A stretch of DNA of 64,000 nucleotides, taken from IMG/VR virus record IMGVR_UViG_3300042261_001152, positions 4,618-68,617 of that record. One strand, written 5' to 3'. The notes beneath the pieces are model-generated. The model did not search any database. It saw only the letters and a list, made by a program, of their open reading frames with translations, and had not been told where the DNA came from. Positions 55,573 to 64,000 of this stretch are shown here, in pieces (position 1 is the stretch's first letter; every line of letters begins with the position of its first letter). Position numbers and translations under genes: made by a program. The DNA comes from a virus.

Positions 55573-57225
55573 TTAAGCTCCAGTTTTAATTTTAATAACT
55601 TTTGTATCTTCTACCACAGGATTGCTGGGATTATAGGCTGTTGCCTGCTGTCCCATCAATGGTGCTCCCAGTACTGGTGCACCTCCGGTATTGCTCTGTG
55701 GCCCACCAGCACCCTGTTGTTGCTGTTGCATGGCCATTTGCTGCTGTAGATCTGTATCTGCATCTATGTCTTTCTGCATCTTCTTAACGTCGTCTTCGCT
55801 CAGATGTAATACATCGCTGTATATGAACTCACGACTAAAGTATGTGCCAACATAGGGTGTAATAGCATTTAATAGGTCTATTCTATTACGTAAAATTTCT
55901 GAATCTTTGGCTTCGCTCAAATAGACATCTTCGGTAAATTCATAGAAGATATCTTCTTTAATGCTATCCCAGTCCTGCTCATTCATGATGCCTTTGAGCA
56001 ATAACTGTGTTTTTAACAGATCGTCAAATAATTCGCCAAACTTCATTCTGAGGCGACTGATAAATTTACTAAATTTCAGTTCGTCTCGGGTTACTTCGCT
56101 CTGACGTCCAAAATTCATGCCACTTTCGGGCTTCATGCGGCTTACAGGTACATTCAGGGCTTGATAGAGTTTATTCTGGAAGTAGTTAATGTCATTGATT
56201 TCTCCCAGATTCTGACCACCATCTAATGTGGTAATTTCCGTTCCTTTACCACCTTCACGGCGTGGCATCCAGAAATCTTCCAGCATGCTCAGCGTTTTCT
56301 TTTCGTCTCGAACTTCACCAGTGGTTGCATCATAGGTAACCTTGTTGCGATACTGGTTCATGATGCCTTTTACATATTGTTCGGCCTTGGCTTTAGGCAA
56401 GTTACCAACGTCTATGTAAAAGATACGTCGTTCTGGTGCTCTGGTCATTCTATAGATAACCAGACTATCTTCTACCATTCTAAGCTGATTAACAACTTTA
56501 ATGGCTTTATGCAAATGTCCCAGCACTAGATTTTTATCTAGATCCAAGATGCCACTGGTGCAGAGTGCTATGCTATCTGTGGCTATTTTTAAGCCCTGAG
56601 TAGCTCCCGGTGTATTTGGAACTGCTGTTACTAAACCTTTTTCATTGTAGATAAAGAACTCATCGATCTTTTCTATGAACTCAACACCTGAGGTTGGGTC
56701 CTTGCGCTTATGGATCTGACGCATTTTTTTAATTTTGCGTGGATCTATGTAGCGAAGTTCTTTAATGCCCTGTTTAGGCTGTGTTAGGTCCAGTATCTTG
56801 TGATAATAGACTCTACCATCTACATACCAGCGTTTAAAGATGTCATGGCTTTTACTGTTAAAATCCAAGAGGCTTAATACGTTCTTAAACTCATCTTCTA
56901 TGGCTGTTTTAATATTCTTGCTTAATTCAATTTTTTCTAGATTAAGCTTAACTACTTCTTCGTCATCCTGAGCAGCAACTGCTTCGTTGACAATGTCTTC
57001 TATGGCGCTATCGCAATCAGGATATAAGGCTATATCTCTGTAGCGATTGATTAAATCATTTTCACTTTTAGCACTGGCATCTATGTCCAGATATGTGCCG
57101 AAGAAGCCAGAAGCATTTACGCTTGTGGCTCCGTCGTCATTCAATGGCGCAACGAAACTCTGGTTGCCCTTGGGCTCAGGTTTCTTTTTCGTCAGTGTGT
57201 AACCAAATAATGTAATATCTGCCAT
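55573..57225 (-). CDS. 20: Portal protein gp20
   Basis: WYVDGR, YR.TRAPERRIFYIDVGNLPK.KAEQY, EDFWMPRREGG. Confidence 0.97.
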   Translation of the reverse strand: MADITLFGYTLTKKKPEPKGNQSFVAPLNDDGATSVNASGFFGTYLDIDASAKSENDLINRYRDIALYPDCDSAIEDIVNEAVAAQDDEEVVKLNLEKIELSKNIKTAIEDEFKNVLSLLDFNSKSHDIFKRWYVDGRVYYHKILDLTQPKQGIKELRYIDPRKIKKMRQIHKRKDPTSGVEFIEKIDEFFIYNEKGLVTAVPNTPGATQGLKIATDSIALCTSGILDLDKNLVLGHLHKAIKVVNQLRMVEDSLVIYRMTRAPERRIFYIDVGNLPKAKAEQYVKGIMNQYRNKVTYDATTGEVRDEKKTLSMLEDFWMPRREGGKGTEITTLDGGQNLGEINDINYFQNKLYQALNVPVSRMKPESGMNFGRQSEVTRDELKFSKFISRLRMKFGELFDDLLKTQLLLKGIMNEQDWDSIKEDIFYEFTEDVYLSEAKDSEILRNRIDLLNAITPYVGTYFSREFIYSDVLHLSEDDVKKMQKDIDADTDLQQQMAMQQQQQGAGGPQSNTGGAPVLGAPLMGQQATAYNPSNPVVEDTKVIKIKTGA

Positions 57226-57248
57226 GATTTAATCCTTAGGTACTAAAA

Positions 57249-57857
57249 TTAGATACCAAATATACTGCCACCAGAACCAATGGTATTATTAACTACGTTG
57301 CCAATGCTTAGAGCTGTGTCAAAGCTGGTTGTGTAGTGTTGGTACTGGAATGTTACAGTGTATTGTTCTATGGTATCGTTGTCGCCGTAGTTCAATGTAA
57401 TGTCACTTAGATCCACTGGGAATGCACTATGTAGTGTATATACCTTCAATGGATTGTTATTTCTGTCCAATTGTGTTACTGTTAGGTTAGTCTGATAGTC
57501 ACGAGGATTTGTACGACCTGTGTTATCTGCCAGCCCGTTGATGCCTGCCATCCATTTCTCTAGGCTGTTACGAATATTGAATGAAACATCATTCATTACT
57601 GTAATAGTCCAAGGTTGGAAAATTCTTTCGCCAGCAAATTTAACTTCACGACCACGATATGGAACAATGGTTGGTTGTACAATGCTACCAGGCAAGGCAG
57701 CTGCGTTCACAAGGAACGCTGCCTGCGCTGATGCTGCACCACCCAGTGTTACATAGGTTGGGAAGCTTAATGCTACGAAGAACTGATTGGCACGAGCTCC
57801 GCCACCAATCATTGCGGCTTTAAATTGATCAACGTTAAAAATCGATCTTTCTGCCAT
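57249..57857 (-). CDS. 19: Tail tube protein gp19
   Basis: GGARANQF, GR.VK.AG.R.F..WT.T..ND, QLDR. Confidence 0.93.
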   Translation of the reverse strand: MAERSIFNVDQFKAAMIGGGARANQFFVALSFPTYVTLGGAASAQAAFLVNAAALPGSIVQPTIVPYRGREVKFAGERIFQPWTITVMNDVSFNIRNSLEKWMAGINGLADNTGRTNPRDYQTNLTVTQLDRNNNPLKVYTLHSAFPVDLSDITLNYGDNDTIEQYTVTFQYQHYTTSFDTALSIGNVVNNTIGSGGSIFGI

Positions 57858-57879
57858 TTTCTATCTCCTGTTATAAACC

Positions 57880-59793
57880 TTATGCACCAATTTCTTCAAA
57901 TGCTATACCTGTGCGGGTAGCAATGAAGTTTAGTGTGATGTAATTAATGCTCTTAGCTGGTTTGATATAAATGTCAGCTACGAAATCGTTGCGATCAATA
58001 ACTTCAGCAGTGTTGTTTGTTTCATCACAAACTACACGGAAGTCAATGATACCTCGGCGACCTTGAACATCTCTTAAGAATGGTTCTACCAGGCTAATGA
58101 ATTGACTGCGGGTAAACGCATCATTGAATTCAAAAAGCTGGAATTTAGCAGCTGTTGCAATGGCTTTTTCAAGAACAATGAACAATCTGCGAACATTAAT
58201 ACGATCAAATGCACTTGGTTTCTGTGTCAGTGTTTTATCACCAAATAACACAGTGCCTAGACCAGGTTGAGTAACTACTGGATTGATCTGATATCTATAT
58301 AGGTTATCTCGATCAGTTTTAGTTGGAACCCAGTTTAATCTAACTAGATTTTTAATCTGACCGCGGTTATAACCACCTGGGCTATACCATGGCTCAGCAA
58401 CTAGATCTGTACGAACACATAGGCCTGCTGTATCACCACAGAGTGGTAACCAGCGATATACGTCATTGTAGCGGTCGTATTGATATTTCCAACCTGAATC
58501 CATGACAGCATAGCTACTGTCCTTGTTAAAGTTTGTATTGCGATCACCAACCACTGCGGTTGCAGTTAAAAGGTTGCTGGTTGTTGGGCTAGCAAATACC
58601 ACACAGTCACGACGAACATCAGCTACGTTGTCTACAACATAGCGAGCTGTTGCATTATCGGCTGCTACACCAACTACTGGAATAAGACTTACGTCGTATA
58701 ATTCACCATTGGCTAATTTAACGTATTCTGTTTGCAATAAACCATCGGTTGGAGTTACATCTACACCGCCACTGAAGCTACGTGTAATAGCACCGCTTAG
58801 AACTGTAAAACCAGTGCTGGCTGCAGGAACTGCACTACCCCAGCTAATCTGAGCTGTATTCAATGCTGTTGTATGGCTACCCCACCAGATATAGCGGCTG
58901 TAGTCATTGATGTAGTTTTTATAGTAATTGGTTAAACCATCTGAACTAAGAGCATCAGATGCTTTGCTTAGGCCAGTAAATTTTTCTAAAACTGTGCCAG
59001 CTACACCGGTAATACCACCATCTTCGTCGGCTACAATGACATGTAGTTCGTCATAGATAGTAGCGCTAGAACTAGCTGTATTTTTATTAAGAGCATAACG
59101 TGTATTGCTTGGACGGCTTTCAACCTGATCCCAGTATTCCCATAGCACTGTTGCACTATTGGCTGCACTGGTTGAAGCACCAGTAACGTTGCTAAACACC
59201 AGAGTGGTTGCACTTAGAGCAGCATCAGCTGTTGTTTGGAATCTATAGGTTGAACCTGAAATAGTTACTTCTAACCAAGAGCCCTTGGGAACTGCTCGGC
59301 TTAAGGCTGCAACACCAGCGCCTGTTGTTGTAACTGAGCTAACTGTTGCAGTAAATTGATAGGCATTGTAATCGCAAATACTAACCTTTAAGTTATTGCC
59401 TAATGTGCCTGGGTATTTGGCAGCAAATTCTGTGCCAGTTAATGTTGGTGCGGTATAACCTAATGTGCCATCATAGTTATTTCTGTTTTTAATTAATGCA
59501 GCACTGCCTGAGGCAACTGCATTTCTAGCTGAACTATCAGCAACACGATTAACTTGTAGGTTGTTACCATAGGCTAGGAAGTTAGCAGCTGCAAACCAAT
59601 ACTTAAATGTATTGTCATCGGGTTTACCGAAAGTGTTGTACAGTGTTTTTTCACTATCTACGGTTACGAACTCTTCGGCCGGACCCCAGTTAAAGTTGCC
59701 AACAAAGGCACCTGCTGTGGTTGAAACCTGAGGCACGAACAAGCTAACGTCACGCTCCTGAACTAGTACATTGGGCGAAACTTGGAAAGCCAT
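57880..59793 (-). CDS. 18: Tail sheath protein gp18
   Basis: SP.V.V.E.D, F.WGP, W.SPGG.NRG, FDRINVRRLF. Confidence 0.96.
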   Translation of the reverse strand: MAFQVSPNVLVQERDVSLFVPQVSTTAGAFVGNFNWGPAEEFVTVDSEKTLYNTFGKPDDNTFKYWFAAANFLAYGNNLQVNRVADSSARNAVASGSAALIKNRNNYDGTLGYTAPTLTGTEFAAKYPGTLGNNLKVSICDYNAYQFTATVSSVTTTGAGVAALSRAVPKGSWLEVTISGSTYRFQTTADAALSATTLVFSNVTGASTSAANSATVLWEYWDQVESRPSNTRYALNKNTASSSATIYDELHVIVADEDGGITGVAGTVLEKFTGLSKASDALSSDGLTNYYKNYINDYSRYIWWGSHTTALNTAQISWGSAVPAASTGFTVLSGAITRSFSGGVDVTPTDGLLQTEYVKLANGELYDVSLIPVVGVAADNATARYVVDNVADVRRDCVVFASPTTSNLLTATAVVGDRNTNFNKDSSYAVMDSGWKYQYDRYNDVYRWLPLCGDTAGLCVRTDLVAEPWYSPGGYNRGQIKNLVRLNWVPTKTDRDNLYRYQINPVVTQPGLGTVLFGDKTLTQKPSAFDRINVRRLFIVLEKAIATAAKFQLFEFNDAFTRSQFISLVEPFLRDVQGRRGIIDFRVVCDETNNTAEVIDRNDFVADIYIKPAKSINYITLNFIATRTGIAFEEIGA

Positions 59794-59854
59794 ATTAATC
59801 TCCTTATTTTAGACCATTCGATCTTGCAGAATTGAATCTTCTTTGATATCCATG

Positions 59855-59862
59855 TATTTATA
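59855..59862 (-). promoter_or_regulatory. Late promoter TATAAATA upstream of gp18
   Basis: Exact match. Confidence 0.75.
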
Positions 59863-59866
59863 ATAT

Positions 59867-61561
59867 CTAAGAATTTAACCAACTACTGCTGTCTTTCTGA
59901 ACGGTCCATAAATCTCCATTTTCTACGAACTGCTGGGGTCCTTCATCTTCTCTGCCATCTTCTATGAACCCAAACGGTGTTAATTCTTCTTCGATCTGTT
60001 GAATTTGATTTGCAAAAATTGTTTCACGAAGGTTTACATCAGTTAAATCCTTGAAATACGGGTTGGTGGTAACCCAACCAAACAGCACCAGAGGCATGAC
60101 CAAATCATCATGATAGCCTTCATCGGCTTCGTAGCTGTCTTTGACCTGTACAAAAGTAGTAAATTCCTGTATGATGTCTACATCCCAGCAGACCAGACGC
60201 TGCGTTTCCATGAGTGTTTTAAGCTGACTGCAGCCAATTCTCTTGACTTTTTTATCGGTTCTGACACCATTTTTGCTGGCGCCTCCACCAAAACCACCTG
60301 ATACTACCTGTCCGCTTTTGCTGTTATTATTGACGAACAGTATGTTTTCATACTCTAATTCGTGATGCATGATGTCAGCTACCTGCTGACCATTGTCATT
60401 GATTTCTATGAGTGTCCAGGCATTGTTATAGTTACGAGCCACGGTATGTATGATGCTAGGAAACAGCATGGGTGATATTTTGTTGTCTCGGAATTTAGCA
60501 ACCACTCTATAAGGATTGGTGCTGAGATCTATGACTACTATGGTGCTGTAGTCACCATCCACGCCTCGCGCTACATCTACTATGGCCATGTAGCTATGAC
60601 CCTTGGTTATGACTTTGCCTGTGCTGTCTTTGACATCCTGTATGGGTTCTTCCAGTACATCCAGATTGTCTTTGCGATACACATAGGTTTTAGGACTCAT
60701 TTTGCTTAATGTATCAGCATCTATGAGTGTATAACTGGAACCTAAAAAGCTACATAAAACTTCCTGGCTGAATTTAACATCGCCCAGTACACCCTTTTGT
60801 TCAGCTGCCCATTTCTCATCTCTACCTGGAATCTCAGTATAGTGTATGAACAGATTTACAAAGTCATTGATGCCCTGTTCGGCATCGTTCCAGAACTTCC
60901 AGAAGTGATTATAGCCCAGGGGAGTACTGGACATTAATACCTTGGTGGTTTCACCGGCCATGATGGTTGGATAGGTACTGGTAAAGAACTCTTCGGCTAC
61001 ATTATTGGGTATGATGGCAGCTTCGTCAATGTATAGCCAGTTAACTGACTTACCACGAATACCAGAAGCTGCGGTAGCTGCGGTAAATACGCGACTGCCA
61101 TTTTCCAGCTCTATGCTACCCTTGTTCCATTCTCTTACTCCCTGTTGCAACCACAGAGGTAATTCTTCGTACATGCCCTGATATCGATGCATAACTTCAC
61201 GCGCGCCAGCTGCTTTGTTGGCTAAGATGGCTACGGTTTTGTTTTCGGCAAATAATGTATACCAGAGAATACAAGCAGCACTGGTAATGGTTTTACCCTG
61301 CTGACGTCCTTCCATTAAAATAACTTTTCGGTTTTCTAAGATGGTTCGGACCTTGCGTTTTTGACATTCATAGAGTTTGAATGGAACCAAACCATGATCC
61401 AGGCTTACAATCTTGCAGTAGTTTTCTATGAAGTATATGGCATCCTCAGCACATTTTTGTATTTCTAAAATTTGCTCAGGTGTATAGTCAATGCTAAAGC
61501 CCAGAGGTTTTAGACGACTGTTACCATGATAGCTGCTTTTAATTCTTTGCAGAATCTGCAT
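59867..61561 (-). CDS. 17: Terminase large subunit gp17
   Basis: RQQGKT, IDEAA, SSTP.G.NHF, DVARG..GDYS, HDDLVM. Confidence 0.96.
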   Translation of the reverse strand: MQILQRIKSSYHGNSRLKPLGFSIDYTPEQILEIQKCAEDAIYFIENYCKIVSLDHGLVPFKLYECQKRKVRTILENRKVILMEGRQQGKTITSAACILWYTLFAENKTVAILANKAAGAREVMHRYQGMYEELPLWLQQGVREWNKGSIELENGSRVFTAATAASGIRGKSVNWLYIDEAAIIPNNVAEEFFTSTYPTIMAGETTKVLMSSTPLGYNHFWKFWNDAEQGINDFVNLFIHYTEIPGRDEKWAAEQKGVLGDVKFSQEVLCSFLGSSYTLIDADTLSKMSPKTYVYRKDNLDVLEEPIQDVKDSTGKVITKGHSYMAIVDVARGVDGDYSTIVVIDLSTNPYRVVAKFRDNKISPMLFPSIIHTVARNYNNAWTLIEINDNGQQVADIMHHELEYENILFVNNNSKSGQVVSGGFGGGASKNGVRTDKKVKRIGCSQLKTLMETQRLVCWDVDIIQEFTTFVQVKDSYEADEGYHDDLVMPLVLFGWVTTNPYFKDLTDVNLRETIFANQIQQIEEELTPFGFIEDGREDEGPQQFVENGDLWTVQKDSSSWLNS

Positions 61562-62015
61562 CTATGACCTTCTCATTTTGATTCTTTAACATTTTTAAAA
61601 GATCGTTGGTGCTGCCTGTAAACACTATGTTATTTTGTGTTCCAATCTGTTTGGGTTCTTCAGCACCTGGCACAGGTGCGCTCAGTGCTTTTTTCTGTTT
61701 CTGCAGATCTAGCAGATCTTTAGCAGTCTCAGCAACGGTTTTGATTAACTGACCAGTTACCTCAAAGGCTCGGGGATGATCACTCTGACGGGCTATGCCC
61801 ATGATGTCGTCTACAGCAGTCTGACCTTTTTTAATCATGTCCTTGAGGGCTGTACGAGCCTGCTCAAAGTCATCATCAATCAGTGCTTCGGGTTCAATCT
61901 GTTTGTTTGCAACAGCTGGTACTGGTGCAACTACAGCAGGTTCAGGCTGTACCTGTGGTGTTGGTGCAGAATTAAATTTTGCATCCAGAGCCGTATAGAC
62001 ATTTTTATCGAGCAT
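61539..62015 (-). CDS. 16: Terminase small subunit gp16
   Basis: DDF..AR, HPRAFEV...L.K, F.GST.DL.K.L. Confidence 0.9.
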   Translation of the reverse strand: MLDKNVYTALDAKFNSAPTPQVQPEPAVVAPVPAVANKQIEPEALIDDDFEQARTALKDMIKKGQTAVDDIMGIARQSDHPRAFEVTGQLIKTVAETAKDLLDLQKQKKALSAPVPGAEEPKQIGTQNNIVFTGSTNDLLKMLKNQNEKVIDADSAKN

Positions 62016-63828
62016 ACCTAAAGCCAGTCACTGTAAATTGTAATAATGTAGAGGTTACAAATGCTGGGTTACCTTCGTTAGGTGGCATCTGGAACAGATA
62101 ACGTAATCTTAGTCCTGTGCTGGTAGTAACACTTAGTATACCTGCACCAGCATAGGTGCCGTCTGGTATGTAACAACCGTCTGGAATCATGGGCACCTGT
62201 ATGTTATGTACATTGGTAATGCCTGTGGTCATGCTGCGGAAAATTTCAAACGGAGGATACAAAGCACTAATTGAGCTATTTACAGTCCAGCTATCGCCAT
62301 AGACATAGAGCATGGGCAGTCCGGCCTGAGGTATGTGTTTGACCGTAATAAACGCCGTGATACCTGGTATAGGTGGTATGGTTGTTAGTATACTGGAACT
62401 ATAGTTTTGTAGTGTAAATGTAGCACTAGATCCTACAATTCTGCGTTCTGCTGTAGCCACACTAATGGTATAGCTAGTATCTGAACCATTGGTAGATCCA
62501 GCAGCATTGGCCTGCAGACCCCAGTAGTATTCAAATGCACCATGGTCAATACGTTTAACATTGAATGGAACAGCGCCTGTGGCCGTTGAATTACTTCTAA
62601 TAGGTCCTAGACGTCGCACAACCTGCCAGTATCCACCCCAGCCAGCTGCAGCTAATTGAGCGTCTACAGAAGCAATGTCTCGGTTACTGGACACTACTAC
62701 GTTGCTTGAACCTGGATAGAATGTTTTAGTACCAACTGCATGCTGTTGTAGTGCACCTATGTAGTACAGGTAATACCAGGTATTTGGTAAAACGCTTGAG
62801 TCAATGACTGCTGCAGTAGAACCAGCATCATTGTATTCTGGAGTCCAACCTGATGTAAATGTACGAATAATTGGTGTATAGCTGGCCACCATGGCAATAC
62901 TGGTCACAGGGCTAATACCTGCAACACCAGATGTATTGTAGCTCCAGTGACAGGCTGCACCAGTCACCAGGGTAATTTTATTAACACCACCTTCGTTGTT
63001 GTAGTTATAGATCAATCCTTCACAATGTTTAGGATGATAAACACCGTCTATGTTAATGTAGTTATCGCCAGATAGATTGTTGTTGGTATTGGTATTGACC
63101 AGACCTCTTCGAGCTACTAGTAATGTTGAGCTCAAAGGATACTGACCCAATAATAGTTTTACAAAACCTGTATGTGCTATGGCATTGCTTGAATCTGATC
63201 CACCTCTTACAGCTGCACTCATGCTGGTAAAATCTAAACTAGGTGTCTGATATAGTGTTATGCCTGTGGCAGTACTGGTTGAGTCTAGTAATTTGGTATA
63301 GCTGGCTGTGTCTTCGGCCGAGGCTCTGTATACTTCTAAACCATTAACACCTCGAACAACTGCTGATGTAGTATAAACACTTAAACTGGTAACAGCTGTG
63401 TTACCAACGTTGATGTCCAACTGGCCGCGTATGCTGGCTACGCTGGTATTGTTACGTGTTCTGATAAACAGCATGCCTTTGCCGTCAATCTGTGCAATTA
63501 ATGTGTTGGCAACTGAACTAAAGTCACTGTCGGCCCCACCAGCAACACCAACACTATTGGTAATGTATAGGGCACTGACATCTACAGAACCCAGTGTTCT
63601 GATAGCATTGGCACTGGCTGGCACAAAGGCCTGCTGAGCTGAACTCCAGCTCAGTGTTGTACTGGTGCTGGGTGCACTACCAGTAGATACTTTAAGAGCT
63701 GCAGAACTAGAACCTGCTAGAGCTGTATATAATTCACTAAAGTTGGCATTGATTTTAACACCGCCAACATACAACGAATCTCCATCGTTGTTATTGGGTG
63801 TGCCTAGATTAATTGGCTGATTCGACAT
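62005..63828 (-). CDS. Fibre-like virion structural protein with gp9/gp10-type N-terminus
   Basis: QPINLGT.N...GDSL..GG.KIN.NF.ELY; DSSNAIAHTGFV fibre motif; S/T/G-rich. Confidence 0.65.
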   Translation of the reverse strand: MSNQPINLGTPNNNDGDSLYVGGVKINANFSELYTALAGSSSAALKVSTGSAPSTSTTLSWSSAQQAFVPASANAIRTLGSVDVSALYITNSVGVAGGADSDFSSVANTLIAQIDGKGMLFIRTRNNTSVASIRGQLDINVGNTAVTSLSVYTTSAVVRGVNGLEVYRASAEDTASYTKLLDSTSTATGITLYQTPSLDFTSMSAAVRGGSDSSNAIAHTGFVKLLLGQYPLSSTLLVARRGLVNTNTNNNLSGDNYINIDGVYHPKHCEGLIYNYNNEGGVNKITLVTGAACHWSYNTSGVAGISPVTSIAMVASYTPIIRTFTSGWTPEYNDAGSTAAVIDSSVLPNTWYYLYYIGALQQHAVGTKTFYPGSSNVVVSSNRDIASVDAQLAAAGWGGYWQVVRRLGPIRSNSTATGAVPFNVKRIDHGAFEYYWGLQANAAGSTNGSDTSYTISVATAERRIVGSSATFTLQNYSSSILTTIPPIPGITAFITVKHIPQAGLPMLYVYGDSWTVNSSISALYPPFEIFRSMTTGITNVHNIQVPMIPDGCYIPDGTYAGAGILSVTTSTGLRLRYLFQMPPNEGNPAFVTSTLLQFTVTGFRYAR

Positions 63829-63842
63829 GTCATTCTATCCTA

Positions 63843-64000
63843 TTAAAAATTTTCATCGTCAAACGTTTCTAAAAATCTGAAATCGTCCGAAGGAGCAGCT
63901 GTGCTCGGATCTGTGGTTACAGTATATTTATCTATGCGAGCTGAAAGTTCTGGATCTTTAAATATATTTACAATGGCCTGACGTATGACTTCCTGAGTCT
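63843..64000 (-). CDS. 15: Tail sheath stabilizer gp15, C-terminal fragment (runs off the window)
   Basis: ...VIRQAIVN...DPSTAAPSDDFRFLETF; expected position upstream of 16. Confidence 0.55.
   Translation of the reverse strand, partial: TQEVIRQAIVNIFKDPELSARIDKYTVTTDPSTAAPSDDFRFLETFDDENF

Overview
A 64-kb segment of a large T4-like myophage, probably aquatic and probably infecting a Proteobacterium (host is inference). Standard genetic code; almost all genes are on the minus strand. It contains the T4 core head/tail block (gp15 fragment, 16, 17, 18, 19, 20, 67, 21, 22, 23, 3), replication/recombination genes (UvsY, UvsW, gp55, 47, 46, 1, 45, 44, 62, RegA, 43, UvsX, 41), five canonical tRNAs plus one atypical tRNA-like RNA, and many host-like accessory genes (Dps, AhpC, Hsp20, bS21, RNAP omega, DksA/TraR, Hc1-like, MazG-like, porin). 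The main points of interest are four. (1) The only plus-strand operon, under a T4 late promoter, encodes two holin-like paralogs, a lipase, CsgF, CsgG, two curlin-repeat proteins and a FecR protein, and converges on a CHASE2 adenylate cyclase; it may be a phage-encoded trans-envelope secretion/signalling system. (2) A late operon encodes three enzymes with capsid-targeting-like N-termini (RNA-ligase-like, HAD phosphatase, HIGH nucleotidyltransferase). (3) A 7-deazaguanine DNA-modification cluster has no queC in the window but includes a DpdL-like gene, a glycosyltransferase and two cytidylyltransferases. (4) RNA-level oddities include a tRNA-Leu read in frame inside a MazG-like gene, a non-canonical tRNA, a ROSE-like thermometer and tandem IHF boxes. 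All calls come from motif recognition by eye; no database searches were run.
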